From assembly GCA_050015075.1 (NCBI GenBank), contig JBEKCB010000004.1, positions 1 through 64,000 on the forward strand: 64,000 nt of DNA, read 5' to 3'. Shown piece by piece: positions 17,987-27,085 of this stretch. The stretch comes from Candidatus Brocadiia bacterium. GTDB lineage: Bacteria > Planctomycetota > Brocadiia > CAIUPP01. Position numbers and translations under genes: made by a program. The stretch's first letter is position 1; each line of letters starts with the position of its first letter. The notes beneath the pieces are model-generated. The model saw only the letters and a program-made list of their open reading frames with translations, did not search any database and was not told the origin of the DNA.

Positions 17987-19417
17987 ATGAGCATCGCTGC
18001 GGCCATCAAGTTTCCGTGCGAAGCGTTGCCGGAGGACCCTGCGCAGGCGCGCCTGCTCGGTGTCTACCCGCAGCGGCAGGAAGGGCTGTTCATGCAGCGC
18101 GTGAAGCTGCCGGGCGGCCGGATCGAGGCGAACCAACTGCGTGCGCTCGCCTCGATCGCCGAACGCTTTGGTCCAGGCTCTCAGCTTCATCTGACTACGC
18201 GGCAGGCCATTGAGTTTCACGAGCTGCGGCGCGATGACATTCCCGCCGTCCAGCGCGATATTGAAGCGACGGGACTTACGGTGCTCGGCGCCTGCGGCGA
18301 CACGCTGCGGAATCTCACCGTCTGCCCCGGCACCGGGCGATGCGCGGAGACGCGCGACGTATCCGCCCTGGGCGCCGCGATCGCTGCGCGCGCCGGCCTG
18401 CTTCCCTGGATTCGCCAGCTTCCCAGAAAGTTCAAGATCAGCATTTCGGGGTGCCCCAACGCCTGCGCCAGGCCGTGGATCAACGACATCGGCCTCATCG
18501 CGCAGACCGACGGAACGATCCGCGCCGTTGTCGCCGGATCGCTTGGAGCCCGGCCGGGAACCGGCATCCTGTTTGACGGGACATTGAGCGCCGCGAACGT
18601 GCAGCGTTTCGTCATCGCTGCGCTGCGGCTGTTCCATGCTGAAGGAGACCGGGTCAACCGCTCGCGCGCCAGGCTCCGGCACGTCCGCGAACGCATGGGC
18701 GATGCCGCGTTCCTGGAAAGGCTCAATGACCTGTTCAAGGCGGAGTTGCGCAACGACGATGGGCCGGGACCGGACTGGGCGCCGGTCAGCGCTCATGCGA
18801 AACTCGTATGCCGCCTGCGTCCTCCGCTCGGAGACCTTGCGCCGGCGCTGGCGCACGAGCTGGCTGGCGCGGTCGAAGGGGTCGGCGCCGACCTGCGGAT
18901 CGGCCTCGAGCATGACCTGCTAGTGCACGGAAAGGTGCCGCCGGCGCTCACGCCGTCGCTCCGGCAACTGACTGTCGAGCCGTGCATTGTCCCCTGTCCC
19001 GGCACGACGTGGTGTTCGAGGGCTATCGCCGATTCGCGCGGAACCGCTGCGAGCATCCGCGCGGCTCTGCCTGCCAACTGCGCGCTGGGCATCTCCATCT
19101 CAGGCTGCCCGAACAATTGCTCTCATGCAGGTGTGGCCGACATCGGCCTGGTGGGTCGGATTCGGACCGTGAACGGCGTCCGGCAGGAGTGTTATCGTCT
19201 GCTTGCGGGTGGCGGCGCCGGACGGACCGCGAATCTGGCGACCGAACTGCATCCCTGCGTTCCCGCAACACAGGTTCCGGAAACGGTTCGGCAGATAGCG
19301 GACGAATACGTCCGGTCCTGCGGTGAACGCGCGGAGTCTTTCGGCGCATTCGTTTCGCGGGAGAAGGCGCAACTTTCCGCGGTCGTCGCGTCGCGCCTCC
19401 CGGCGGTTGGCTTGTAG
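17987..19417 (+). CDS. Ferredoxin-dependent nitrite/sulfite reductase (siroheme, 4Fe-4S)
   Basis: GVYPQRQEG.FMQRVK.PGG, HLTTRQ, GACGDTLRN, LPRKFKISISGCPNAC; second CPG..C / GCPNNC set. Confidence 0.85.
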   Translation: MSIAAAIKFPCEALPEDPAQARLLGVYPQRQEGLFMQRVKLPGGRIEANQLRALASIAERFGPGSQLHLTTRQAIEFHELRRDDIPAVQRDIEATGLTVLGACGDTLRNLTVCPGTGRCAETRDVSALGAAIAARAGLLPWIRQLPRKFKISISGCPNACARPWINDIGLIAQTDGTIRAVVAGSLGARPGTGILFDGTLSAANVQRFVIAALRLFHAEGDRVNRSRARLRHVRERMGDAAFLERLNDLFKAELRNDDGPGPDWAPVSAHAKLVCRLRPPLGDLAPALAHELAGAVEGVGADLRIGLEHDLLVHGKVPPALTPSLRQLTVEPCIVPCPGTTWCSRAIADSRGTAASIRAALPANCALGISISGCPNNCSHAGVADIGLVGRIRTVNGVRQECYRLLAGGGAGRTANLATELHPCVPATQVPETVRQIADEYVRSCGERAESFGAFVSREKAQLSAVVASRLPAVGL

Positions 19418-19644
19418 TCGCATAGCCGCCGTGTGTTCACTCAACAGCGCACAAATCCCATGATGCCCCGCCTTTGCAGGCGCCGATGCGTTGCCGATCG
19501 TTCCGCGCCCGCGTTTTTCCCCGCCGGTTTGAGCTAAACATTCCGCGCTTTCCCGCGATGATCGCTTACAGAGTTTCCCGATATACCGCGGAAGCTCCAG
19601 GTGCGGCAAATCCTTCGTTGCCCTTGCTAGGCGAAAGGAAAGCG

Positions 19645-20376
19645 ATGAAGACGACAGTAGCGATGGCCCTTCTGGCCGCCATCCTGATTTCTGCGCCGGC
19701 CTGGGCGCAGTATGTCACGGGCAGCCCTCACGACCTCTCAGTCCGGCTCGGCACCGGCGAGATCTGCCTCTCCTGCCATGTGCCGCACAACGCGCCGAAT
19801 GCGGCTTATGGCCCGCTGTGGAACCACGCCCTGACCTCCGGGAACGGGACGGCAGCAACCTTCGTCGGTCCGGCGAGCGGAGGCTTCATCAGGAACGGAG
19901 CGGCGACCACGCTGTACGGGAACTCGCTGCTCTGCATGGGTTGCCATGACGGTGTGACGGCGGTCGGCGACTTCAGCATCATGAACGTCAATGTTACTGT
20001 AAACGACACCACCAACCCCATCCAGAGCGTGTCGTGGGCAAGGAAGGTGGTCAATGGCGCCGGCCAAACCGTGTATCCCAATGAAATAGGCATGGATTTG
20101 ACGTACGTCCATCCGCTCGGAATTGTATACCCCGCGCTCGGCACGGCCACCACCAGCTTTCACACCGCCACTGCCTCGAGCGGCTACGGCGGAGTAACAA
20201 ATTATACGATAGGGGGAAGTACGGGTATTACCCTGGAGATCGGCGCCACGGCGAATGTAGCTAACACTATCGGATGCAGCACGTGCCACAATCCGCACGA
20301 CGACACGACCGCACCGCCGTTTCTCATAATCTCGAACTCGAAGAGCGCGCTTTGTCTCACGTGTCACATTAAGTAG
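19645..20376 (+). CDS. Periplasmic tetraheme cytochrome c (doubled-CXXCH / cytochrome c3-like)
   Basis: Signal peptide (AWA|Q); CLSCH, CMGCH, CSTCH, CLTCH; GSPHDL and HPLG distal-His motifs. Confidence 0.88.
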   Translation: MKTTVAMALLAAILISAPAWAQYVTGSPHDLSVRLGTGEICLSCHVPHNAPNAAYGPLWNHALTSGNGTAATFVGPASGGFIRNGAATTLYGNSLLCMGCHDGVTAVGDFSIMNVNVTVNDTTNPIQSVSWARKVVNGAGQTVYPNEIGMDLTYVHPLGIVYPALGTATTSFHTATASSGYGGVTNYTIGGSTGITLEIGATANVANTIGCSTCHNPHDDTTAPPFLIISNSKSALCLTCHIK

Positions 20377-20527
20377 ATTGCGTCTTTGACGACCAGTTCG
20401 GCGTGCGGCGGTCGGCTGGATGATTGCCCCGCGCGCCGGCTGACCCGCTCTCATTCTCAATGGCCTCACGAATCCCACTACTTCCCATCCACCGGGCTCC
20501 TGTCACATCAGCCTTCTTCGGAACCAC

Positions 20528-20556
20528 TTGACGAGGCCACCTTGTTCGGTCATACT
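20528..20556 (+). promoter_or_regulatory. Putative promoter of tRNA-Arg
   Basis: TTGACG-17nt-CATACT about 60 nt upstream of the tRNA. Confidence 0.55.
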
Positions 20557-20617
20557 ACCCAAGGACTTCGCAGCGGGATTTTCACCGAACATTACAACCT
20601 CACGCAAGCTGTCATAA

Positions 20618-20694
20618 GCGCCCGTAGCTCAGTAGGATAGAGCGGCGGTTTCCTAAACCGCAGGTCGCAGGTTCGACTCCTGCCGGGCGTGCCA
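20618..20694 (+). tRNA. tRNA-Arg(CCT)
   Basis: GCGCCCG acceptor, TAGCTCAGTAGGATAGAGC D-arm, GCGGT-TTCCTAA-ACCGC anticodon arm, GGTTCGACTCC T-loop, encoded CCA. Confidence 0.97.
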
Positions 20695-20930
20695 ACATCA
20701 GGAGCCTTGGAAACGCAAGAGTCGCTTGGTGTTTCTAGGGCATTGTCGTCGTCCGGCCTATCAGAACCGCCAACCTCCGGTTGTCCCAATTCGTTCCACG
20801 AAGTCCCACCTTTTCCCGCCTGCACGGTCAGTTTCTGGTCAGTGGCGCGGTCGGTGGAACCCGGTGCCGGCGCACCATTCGTTCCTGTGGCAGCAAGGGT
20901 CGCACTTTTAGATGCGCATTCCCGCACGTA

Positions 20931-21155
20931 TTTGACCTCCACATCCTCCGCTACTCGTTCGCAACGCACCTTCTCCGGGCCGGGGTGCCGATTCAGACCG
21001 TGCAACGCCTGGGGCGGTGGAAGACCGTGGACGTGCTCCTGGGTGTCTACGCTCAGACCTTCCCGGCGGACGAGCGCGCCGCCGTCGAGCGGCCACCCTA
21101 TTTCTGCGTGAAAAGTGGAGAACAAGCGGACACGCGGACCCAGGCGAGAGCGTGA
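20931..21155 (+). pseudogene. Tyrosine integrase C-terminal remnant
   Basis: FDLHILRYSFATHLLRAGVPIQTVQRLGRWKTVDVLLGVYAQ (HxxR box and catalytic Tyr); no N-terminal domains. Confidence 0.85.
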
Positions 21156-21198
21156 AAAGGCCGCCGTTTACAAGGCAAAGCGCCAATCCGGCATGCGG

Positions 21199-21237
21199 TT
21201 CCCAAGACCTCAAGTCGCAGCTTTGACTTCTGCCCGG
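21199..21237 (+). repeat. Degenerate att-like copy of the tRNA-Arg 3' end
   Basis: 30/39 identity by manual alignment to 20649-20687; same position relative to the integrase relic as the 43232 copy. Confidence 0.7.
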
Positions 21238-21589
21238 ACCTTGAACCCACGACCTCCAGCCCCCATTCGGGACGCTGTCAGTCGTTAGTTACTGCGGCGT
21301 GGAGAGTTACAAAAAGCGAAAATGGCCTGCTGACCACTGTATTGTCATGCCGTCAAAATTGTTTTTGCTCGTTGCCCACTTCATCCGAGTTCGATAAGGT
21401 TCGACCGCTCCCTCACCGTAGAAGGTGAGCCATTGCGCCTCCCCGCCACTTGGAGCTACCGTGGAATCTTCTGTAATTGTGTAGCTCCTCTACCGAACAT
21501 TTCTCCCTTTCAAGTGTTACTATATGTGAGCACGCGGCTGCCTTTGCTTCGCTATTGAACCGCAGCCCGCACCAGAATGAGGATTCGGA

Positions 21590-22141
21590 ATGGATTCTCT
21601 GCCGCTCACTCATGAGAAGCGCGCGCGGATTGAATCAGCCTATGCCGATCTACGAGATCGGTTGCTCATCCTTGCTGCGGCTTTGACGGCGGATTGGGCT
21701 GCGGCTGAAGACGTGGTGCACGACGCGTTCGCCACAATCGTGCGCGAGCACTGGCGACTGCAAAATGGCTTCAATCTGGAAGGGTTTCTGACCGTATGCG
21801 TGCGAAATCGCGCTATGAACGTCCTTCGCAGCGAGACGTTGAGGAAGCGCGCGCAACCGCACTCGGGCTTCCTGATTGACCCCAAAGCGAGCGATCCCGG
21901 AGCCCGAACAGTGGCTCAGGAAGAGCGCGCGATGTTATTGGACGCCGTTAGGAAACTCTCGCCGGAAAACCGGGAGATTCTGAGCTTGAGAATCTGGGGC
22001 GGGCTCAGCTTCGAAGAAATCAGCCAATTGCAAGAAATTGCCAAGAGCAGTGCTCATGATCGGTACAGGCAGGCGCTGAGCGAAGTGAGAATTGCACTTC
22101 AAGAAGTGCAGGGAGGCCGCAATGAACGACTGGAACCCTGA
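21590..22141 (+). CDS. ECF RNA polymerase sigma factor
   Basis: AAEDVVHDAF, FLTVCVRNRAMN, LSPENREILSLRIWGGLSFEEISQ. Confidence 0.92.
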   Translation: MDSLPLTHEKRARIESAYADLRDRLLILAAALTADWAAAEDVVHDAFATIVREHWRLQNGFNLEGFLTVCVRNRAMNVLRSETLRKRAQPHSGFLIDPKASDPGARTVAQEERAMLLDAVRKLSPENREILSLRIWGGLSFEEISQLQEIAKSSAHDRYRQALSEVRIALQEVQGGRNERLEP

Positions 22142-22721
22142 GGAACTTGAAAAAAGGCTGGCGAATCTCCGTGCGCCGGAATCGCCCGCGCTGGACGCGC
22201 GGATTCGAGAGCTGATTCAAAGTGCGTCTTCTCCAGCGAAGCGGCTTGAACTTGTGAAACGCCGTTCCGGCAGTCGGCGCTTGATTTCCTGCGGCTTAAT
22301 CGCAGCCGGTGTCCTGGTTGGCGTGGCCTTGTGCCTTCTCGTTCAGATCGCTGAGCCTCAATCGCGCTTGTCCCCTCCAGTCCCGATTCGCGTCAACACA
22401 ATTCAGGGAACAGTCTTGGTCAAACACCGAGGCGAATCAACGTGGGAAGAACTAGGCGCCAGTTCCCAGTTGCGCGTCGGGGATCAATTCTGGGCAGGTT
22501 CCGCTTCGAAAGTCAGTTTAGCGATGAACGACGGTTCGCTGGTCACACTTACCGCGGGCGGCGTTCTGTCTATTGCGCACCAAGACGGCGGCATGGAGTT
22601 CGAACTGACCCATGGGACCATGCGGGCCGTCATGCGCGAAGGACATCCACCGTTCGCTATTCGCACTCCACAGGGCCGATTGGAGGCGCTGGGGACGGAG
22701 TTCACTGTCTCAGTCGAATGA
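22122..22721 (+). CDS. Anti-sigma factor, single TM + N-terminal part of FecR domain
   Basis: TM LIAAGVLVGVALCLLV; LRVGD..NDGSLVTL..LTHG..FAIRTPQGRLEALGTEFTVSVE then stop. Confidence 0.85.
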   Translation: MNDWNPEELEKRLANLRAPESPALDARIRELIQSASSPAKRLELVKRRSGSRRLISCGLIAAGVLVGVALCLLVQIAEPQSRLSPPVPIRVNTIQGTVLVKHRGESTWEELGASSQLRVGDQFWAGSASKVSLAMNDGSLVTLTAGGVLSIAHQDGGMEFELTHGTMRAVMREGHPPFAIRTPQGRLEALGTEFTVSVE

Positions 22722-22741
22722 TCAGAAAGGAGAGTACCCCA

Positions 22742-23992
22742 ATGAGAGGGCTGACATTCTGCTCGGCGTTGCCAATCGGCGCATTTCTTGCCGCTCTGAC
22801 CTTCGGCCAGACTACGGAGGTGACCGTGGAAAAGGGCGCCGTCAAGGCACAGACGGAAAACGGAACTGTTACGCTCGTTCCAGGACAGAAGGGAATTTTG
22901 AAAGAAGGCGACGCGCCTGAAGTCCGGATTGATGAACCCCTGGTCGCGGACGTTATGCAAATGAAGAAATGGCTGGACGAGGAGAGGCGGAAGGCGCATA
23001 TTCCATCGAGCGACAATGCAACTATCCAGTCCTTCGGTTTTGGCGAGAATCAAATGAAGGCCGCAGCCTACGCCGAGGTGCCCGCGGCCGATTTTATCGC
23101 CGCAAAGAGGTATTCCAGGGAGACCGGCAACCTGGAGATCGGGCAAATCGGAATGAAAGCCTCTGTGAACGTCTATGACATGGCGGGGAAGAAGCTGACC
23201 GCCGAAGAAGGGGAGGAAGGGAAGCTATATGCTCATGTGGGCGAGTTAGACCCCACGAGCAAATTGCAACTCATCATGGTTGCCAATAGCGAGACCCCTG
23301 AATTCCTGACGCAGAAGGACGGGAACCTGCGACGCTGCCTCGCCGGCAATGGATCTGCCAATTCTCTCAACTATTATCGCGTCATCCTTCCCCAAACGGC
23401 CGTTTTTGTTTCCTCGTGGCCGAGTCCGGTCTGCGTCAACGACGCCGACGGCCGGACGGCCGTGACGCTCCGGCAAAGGAACTTGGCCAATGGCGATAAC
23501 TTCGTGATCGCTTATCTATGGCCCGCCAAGGACGGCGTTATTGCAGAATCCCTTCCGCCGGAATATCGCGGGCTGCGAGATCCGCGCGACGTTCAGATTT
23601 CGGAATTCTACCAGCGCGAGATGGCCGATATTCTGGCTGGCGCGGTCTACCGCGATCAGAGCACGCCGGTTGCCGCACTGCTCACATGGCGTTGCGCGCT
23701 GGTCAAGAACGACAAAGAACTTCAAGCGGAGTCTCACTATGATAAGAAATTGCCGCCTGTATCGGACGCAGCCAAAACATATTTCGTCGAGGATATGACG
23801 TTCCTAAGCACGCCTGCCTGGCCTGAACAGCCGAAGGAAGGCTACATTCACCCCGTTTACATGTGCTTCCCCGGAACGCTCCTGCGGTGCGACACGCACG
23901 CAATCATTTTCCATAACGGCAAGTGGCGGGTCATCGGCAACACCGGCAATTGGCGCGACACGGACGTCAGCGTCTTTGAAAAGTTCCGCTGA
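22742..23992 (+). CDS. Secreted protein that begins with the C-terminal strands of a FecR domain
   Basis: AAAGGAG RBS, signal-like N-terminus, then TTEVTVEKGAVKAQTENGTVTLVPGQKG; remainder unrecognised. Confidence 0.75.
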   Translation: MRGLTFCSALPIGAFLAALTFGQTTEVTVEKGAVKAQTENGTVTLVPGQKGILKEGDAPEVRIDEPLVADVMQMKKWLDEERRKAHIPSSDNATIQSFGFGENQMKAAAYAEVPAADFIAAKRYSRETGNLEIGQIGMKASVNVYDMAGKKLTAEEGEEGKLYAHVGELDPTSKLQLIMVANSETPEFLTQKDGNLRRCLAGNGSANSLNYYRVILPQTAVFVSSWPSPVCVNDADGRTAVTLRQRNLANGDNFVIAYLWPAKDGVIAESLPPEYRGLRDPRDVQISEFYQREMADILAGAVYRDQSTPVAALLTWRCALVKNDKELQAESHYDKKLPPVSDAAKTYFVEDMTFLSTPAWPEQPKEGYIHPVYMCFPGTLLRCDTHAIIFHNGKWRVIGNTGNWRDTDVSVFEKFR

Positions 23993-24028
23993 ACAATCTG
24001 CGATGCGAATTATCCCGGTGAATGGACA

Positions 24029-24057
24029 GCGGGCCGAAGCACAAGCTTCGGCCCGCT
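24029..24057. terminator. Strong hairpin after the ECF operon
   Basis: gcgggccgaagc-acaa-gcttcggcccgc. Confidence 0.6.
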
Positions 24058-24199
24058 CCAATCTCACTAGACCGCCTTCTTCGCAGCCGTAACCAAGCTC
24101 TCGACGGTCGCCTCGGCCTTCGCCAGGTCCGCCTTCGCATCCGCAAGCGCCGTGGAGAGGCTTCCGTGGGCCTTCACGACCTCCTAAACGATGCAGCCG

Positions 24200-24265
24200 A
24201 GCGCCGCGAGAACCTGCTCTGGGGCTATCGGCGAATCGTGGGTGAATTAAGGAAGCGCGGCCACG
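24200..24265 (+). pseudogene. IS transposase (integrase-core type) fragment
   Basis: RENLLWGYRRIVGELRKRGH resembles the ENPxWGYRRIxGEL motif of IS3/IS481-like transposases. Confidence 0.6.
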
Positions 24266-24314
24266 CTGCCGGTTTATCCGGTCAGATTCGATCAGAGGAA
24301 ATTATCCGATGCGG

Positions 24315-25547
24315 TCAGAGCAAACGCCCAAACACCGTCCGGATGAACTCGTCGTTCTTCAGGAGTCCCATGGAGCCTCTGGCGGCCTGATCTTCGTCAA
24401 AAGCGGTGCTGGCATCGGCTATGATGCCTGTGCGCCAGAGGGCGAAGGGTACTGGATCGCTGGCGTGATAACCTACTTCCACAGGAGTGGGATGATCGGA
24501 CAGGATGGCGATGGTGGCGTCCCAACCTTTGGCCTGAATGCCTTCGGCAATGGGCCGCACCAGGCGATCATCGAGGTACTCGATGCACTTGATCTTCAGA
24601 TCCAGATCGCAGGCATGGCTCGCTTCGTCCGTGGCCTCCACATGAACGAAGACAAAGTCGTGGGTCTCCAGGGTCTTCAGCGCTGCCTGTGCCTTGCCCT
24701 CATAGTTGGTGTCGTAAAGACCCGTGGCGCCTTCGACGGGAATGCGATCCAGCCCCGCATACTTGCCGATGCCATGGACGAGATCCACGGCGGAGATAAC
24801 GCCGCCGGTGATGCCGAAGCGCGCGGTGAGGGGTTCCATTTGCGGACGCCGCCCGGGAGACCACGTCCAGATGGCATTGGCGGGATCCTTCCCGGCGGCA
24901 ATGCGGGCGCGATTCACCGGGTGCTGCGCGAGGAATGCCTTGGCGCGTTTGTGCAACTCGCCTAGACGCACGGCGGTGGCTTCGGCTTCCGGATGCCTGG
25001 CGCGGGGGAGCAACTCCGATTCGTGAATACCCACATAGTCGTGGGGCGGCGCGCAGATCAGATCCGGGGAGGCCCAACCGCCGGGCAGTACCAGCAGGTG
25101 GCGGTAACTGACGCCGGGATGGAACACGGCGGGCTGGTCTCCTTTTCCACCGCCCAGTTCCCGATCCAGGTCCCTGATGAGGATGGAGGCTTCTTCGCTG
25201 CTGATATGGCCGGCGCTGTGATTCTTGATGCGGCCGTCTGGATGGAGCGTCAGCAGATTGCAGCGCAGGGCCACATCGGAGGGATTCAGATCCACGCCCA
25301 TGCTGGCGGCTTCCAGCACGCCACGGCCTTGCAAGCACTTCCGGGGGTCGTAGCCCAGCACGGAGAGAATCGCCACATCGGAACCATTGGGCATGCCTTC
25401 GGGAATGGAGGCGAAGAGCCCTGTAACGCCTTCACGGGCAATGCGATCCATGGCCGGTTTGCGGGCCACCATGAGCGGCGTCTTACCATTCAGGGCCTTC
25501 ACGGGGAGGTCCGACATGCCATCGCCCAAGATGATCACTGTTTTCGT
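24315..25547 (-). CDS. ApgM-like cofactor-independent phosphoglycerate mutase / proposed homoserine kinase
   Basis: IILGDGMSD..GKTPL, GSDVA, GRGVLEAAS, HVEATDEASH, SDHPTP; start is ACG 25547 or GTG 25538. Confidence 0.88.
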   Translation of the reverse strand, partial: TKTVIILGDGMSDLPVKALNGKTPLMVARKPAMDRIAREGVTGLFASIPEGMPNGSDVAILSVLGYDPRKCLQGRGVLEAASMGVDLNPSDVALRCNLLTLHPDGRIKNHSAGHISSEEASILIRDLDRELGGGKGDQPAVFHPGVSYRHLLVLPGGWASPDLICAPPHDYVGIHESELLPRARHPEAEATAVRLGELHKRAKAFLAQHPVNRARIAAGKDPANAIWTWSPGRRPQMEPLTARFGITGGVISAVDLVHGIGKYAGLDRIPVEGATGLYDTNYEGKAQAALKTLETHDFVFVHVEATDEASHACDLDLKIKCIEYLDDRLVRPIAEGIQAKGWDATIAILSDHPTPVEVGYHASDPVPFALWRTGIIADASTAFDEDQAARGSMGLLKNDEFIRTVFGRLL

Positions 25548-26905
25548 CAGCGGTATTCCTTCAGCAGATGGGCCTTGAATGTTGCGTAATCGGAGGCGGA
25601 TTCGACGATGCGCTCAGGCTTGACATCCAACCCTTGCATGCTGGAAGGCAGCGCCGGTTCCAGACCCGTGAGCTTCCGCACCTCGTCCGGGAACTTGGCT
25701 GGATGGGCTGTCTCCAGAGAGATGGCGGCGAGTTGAGCCGATTCCGGATGCACGGCCATGAACCGTTCCAGACCCGCCCAACTGACGGCGCCGTGGGGCT
25801 CCAGCATCACGCCATGCTCTTTCTGAACTTTGGACAGCGTCTGCCGCGTTTCCTCGTCGCTGATGCTCACGGCATAAAAGTCCCGGCGAAGGGCATCCAT
25901 GCTGGGCTGTACGTGCAGCACGCCTTTCTCGTCCATGCGTCCATCGTAAAGGGCCACCAGGCGGGCAAGGTTGGAGGGATGTCCTACATTCATGGCGTTG
26001 GAGATGCACCCAAGGCTGGGATCGATCTTCTGGTAGTTGCCCGTTTCCAGGAAGCGCGGCACCTCGTCGTTGGCATTGGTGGCCACCACGAAGCGCGAGA
26101 CGGGCAGCCCGCTCTTGAAGCAGAGCACACCGCCCATGAGATCGCCGAAGTTTCCGCAGGGCACGGAGAACACCACCGGTTCGCCTCCGCCGATATCCGC
26201 GAGCCGCGAGGCGGCATACAGGTAGTACACCGATTGGGGCAGCAGGCGGCCGATGTTGATGGAATTGGCCGAAGAAAGATTCAGCGCTGCCAGATCGGGA
26301 TCCGAGAAGGCCTGCTTCACCAGGGCCTGGCAATCGTCGAACTTGCTGTCCAGGGCCAGGGTGGCCACATTCCCGCCCAAGGTCGTCATCTGTTTCCGTT
26401 GGCGATCCGAAACTTCGGCGATGGGGTAGAGCACCAGCACGCGGACGTCCTTTACGCCGAGGAAAGCGTGGGCCACGGCGCCGCCCGTATCTCCGGAGGT
26501 GGCCGTGAGGATCAGCAACTCCTGCCCCTTCTCCCGCACCAGGCGGCCCAGGGCCCGGCCCATGAAGCGCGCTGCAAAGTCCTTGAAGGAGGCCGTGGGG
26601 CCTTGGTCCAGGCGCAGGACGTAATGACGGCCACTGACCTGCTCCAGAGGCACGGGGAAGTCATAAGCGTCCTGGCAGATCTCAGAGAGCACTTCCCGGG
26701 AGAAGACGCTCTCCGCGTAGGGCGCCAGGATTTCTACGGCAAGTTCCGGATAGCTCAGATCCTTGGCCCGGCGCAGAAATTCCTTGGAGAAACGCGGCAG
26801 TTTCTCCGGCATATAGAGGCCCTTGTCCGGAGCCTGCCCCTGCAGGAGCGCCTCTCCCAAATCCACCCGTGGGGACCGCCGATTGGTGCTGTAGAAATGG
26901 ATCAT
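25547..26905 (-). CDS. thrC: Threonine synthase
   Basis: GPTASFKDFAARF (PLP Lys), ATSGDTGGA, SANSINIGRLLPQ, VPCGNFGD, ETAHPAKF. Confidence 0.95.
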   Translation of the reverse strand: MIHFYSTNRRSPRVDLGEALLQGQAPDKGLYMPEKLPRFSKEFLRRAKDLSYPELAVEILAPYAESVFSREVLSEICQDAYDFPVPLEQVSGRHYVLRLDQGPTASFKDFAARFMGRALGRLVREKGQELLILTATSGDTGGAVAHAFLGVKDVRVLVLYPIAEVSDRQRKQMTTLGGNVATLALDSKFDDCQALVKQAFSDPDLAALNLSSANSINIGRLLPQSVYYLYAASRLADIGGGEPVVFSVPCGNFGDLMGGVLCFKSGLPVSRFVVATNANDEVPRFLETGNYQKIDPSLGCISNAMNVGHPSNLARLVALYDGRMDEKGVLHVQPSMDALRRDFYAVSISDEETRQTLSKVQKEHGVMLEPHGAVSWAGLERFMAVHPESAQLAAISLETAHPAKFPDEVRKLTGLEPALPSSMQGLDVKPERIVESASDYATFKAHLLKEYR

Positions 26906-27085
26906 CCCTGGCTCCGGAGAGATTCACGCCGTGAACTGATTATACCAAAACCCCGGAACCTAAAGATACGTCAGCTGGCCACGCACCCTGCATGCCGTCA
27001 AAGTCGATCCGCGCGGGGCGGGAAAGAGGTGAGATAAATTATGTGTCCCCGAACTGCCCGAACTACCTCGAAACCGGCAGCGACT

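Noticed and set aside
19418-19644. Riboswitch upstream of the cytochrome (also considered at 46020-46420)
   Set aside because: No complete c-di-GMP, SAM or cobalamin consensus recognisable by eye; an Rfam scan would be needed
20592-21125. ORFs overlapping the tRNA/att (also 42944-43294)
   Set aside because: Antisense translation of tRNA sequence (TPGRSRTCDLRFRK); spurious
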